A DNA stretch of 64,000 bases from Yuukianura sp. NJ FZ-2021. Taxonomy: Eukaryota. Shown here in pieces: positions 62,468 through 64,000 of the stretch. Under the pieces are notes generated by a model. It saw only the letters and a list, made by a program, of their open reading frames with translations, made no database searches and was not told the DNA's origin. The translations under genes were made by a program, and so were the position numbers. Every line of letters starts with the position of its first letter. Positions within the stretch are counted from its first letter, which is position 1. The stretch is from NCBI GenBank assembly GCA_046563655.1, contig CM102285.1, forward strand, positions 2,046,001-2,110,000, in the 5' to 3' direction.

Positions 62468-63563
62468 TTAACTTTTCGTTGTCAAGGAACCTTGATAAAA
62501 CGGTAGAAAACTTTCTGAGGGGTTGAAAGAAAATGATTTCGAGTGAAATTATTTGGGTGAAAGCCACTTTTTCTTTCTCGGTTTTTGCATTCGTTTATAC
62601 AAAACCCACCAATATTTGTGTTCAAGGCGACACAAGGTTTCTAGCTGCTTTTGTGTCTTTCAACCGCCCCTCTCCTGGCACCATTTTACACAAAAGAGGC
62701 AGTATTTAAAAATGGGAATTTCAGTGTCGCTGAAACAGTTTTCTTTGCATCTTCTCTACTTCTACTCTAGTGAGAGAGTAGAATGTGAGAGCTGACTTTA
62801 ACATCAACAACTAGGTTAAAAAAAAGGAACTGTTAAAGTTCATCAAAATGAGAATTGTGATGGCGGTTTTTTTGTGGCGTCACCTCTGAGATAGCAGAAA
62901 GGCGAAAGAATTAACAAGAAGTAAGCTTGCAGACTAACGTAATATACGTGTGGCAGGACTTTGCCGAAGTGAGAGATAGCGGTTAGCCACATATTTGGCG
63001 TATTAACACCTAATAAGAATACATAAACTCTAAAGGATGAAGATTGAGAACATCTTTCCTAGTCAAAGTGTAAAACTAGACAACCAAAAATTAGATAAAA
63101 GTATTTCTCTAAGAAAGTGTTGGTAAATATGAAACGCCATTGATAATTTTCACGTCACGTTCACTATCACTACCTCTCAATTTGCCAAAAGTTAAAACTT
63201 TTGATGCTAGTAACAATCTTGTTTCAAAGTTTAGATATTTGTTACAAAACTGTGATACAAACAACCCCGGCCAAAAATTCAAGGTAAACTGTTAAAAATT
63301 AAGTAAAGATTTTATGTAAATCTAAAGAACGCATTGTTAACATAAGGAAAAATTGTAAAAAAAAAAACTAAGGCAAATAATAAAAAAAAACTTATCTCCG
63401 TTGGTATTTTTCAAAATTTTCGTTTCTTGTAGAATTAAGGCTAGACATTTGAAAACATAAATTTGCTGTTAAAACTCGATAAAGAGTTAGTACACAACAA
63501 TTTGTGACATCGGTTCACATGTGTCATAATTTTTGAATTTTCAGCTGTTTATTCAGATGAAGA

Positions 63564-64000
63564 ATGGAGTCTCTTACTATGTCTCCGTCAATTACAAACG
63601 GAAGAGGAAAACTGAGTGTTCAAGTCAAGACGATTGTTGGTCTGGGGCTAGTTGAGACTCTGTATTTCGCTGCCCTCTCTTGCCTGGCACCATTTTTCAC
63701 AAAAGAGGCAGAATTTAAAAATGTGAATATCAGCGTCGCTGGAATTGTCTTCTTTGCGTCTCCCCTATTTCTAGTCATCACATCTCCATTTCTGGGCAAA
63801 GCAGTAAGGCAGTCACTAAATATGCTACTAATGTGCAGACAAAAAAAAACTAAACGCGGAAAACTAAATTCTATTTTTTGTTAGGTTGCGTGGGTTGGTA
63901 CACGGAAAATATTTTTCATGGGAATGCTGCTACATGGATTTTCCAACATTTGTTTTGGATTTTTGAATCGAATTGATTCTGGTGGCGCTTTTGTGTGTTG
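63564..64000 (+). CDS. MFS transporter, SLC18B1-like, copy 4 (5' part only)
   Basis: LSVQVKTIVGLGLVETLYFAALSCLAPFFTKEA; exon 2 begins near 63884. Confidence 0.85.

Overview
AT-rich eukaryotic (invertebrate) genomic DNA with many short spliceosomal introns. Gene content and style suggest a soil arthropod such as a springtail, but this is inference only. The window is almost entirely tandemly duplicated metabolic and defence genes. In order: four 2-exon Zn-dependent alcohol dehydrogenases; a secreted six-cysteine beta-defensin-like peptide; two signal-peptide-bearing CRAL-TRIO/SEC14 genes; two CYP2-clan P450s; a nearly intronless DUF4246 gene; a divergent Cys-loop ion channel; a cluster of diapausin-like peptides (3 intact, 1 pseudogene); a gustatory-receptor-like gene; and a large OB-fold/SQ-TQ-repeat protein with a POT1-like domain. 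The window ends in an array of SLC18B1-like MFS transporters interleaved with two stand-alone type I PKS fragments (KR-structural/ER/KR) that have intronless coding regions. Their ER cofactor site looks intact and their KR is degenerate. The most promising undescribed system is this repeated 'MFS transporter + stand-alone PKS-derived enoyl reductase' unit, a possible animal biosynthetic or detoxification gene cluster. Several MITEs, a Helentron/DINE-like element and a long palindrome are also present. Exon boundaries were read by eye; family calls rest on recalled motifs, not database searches.
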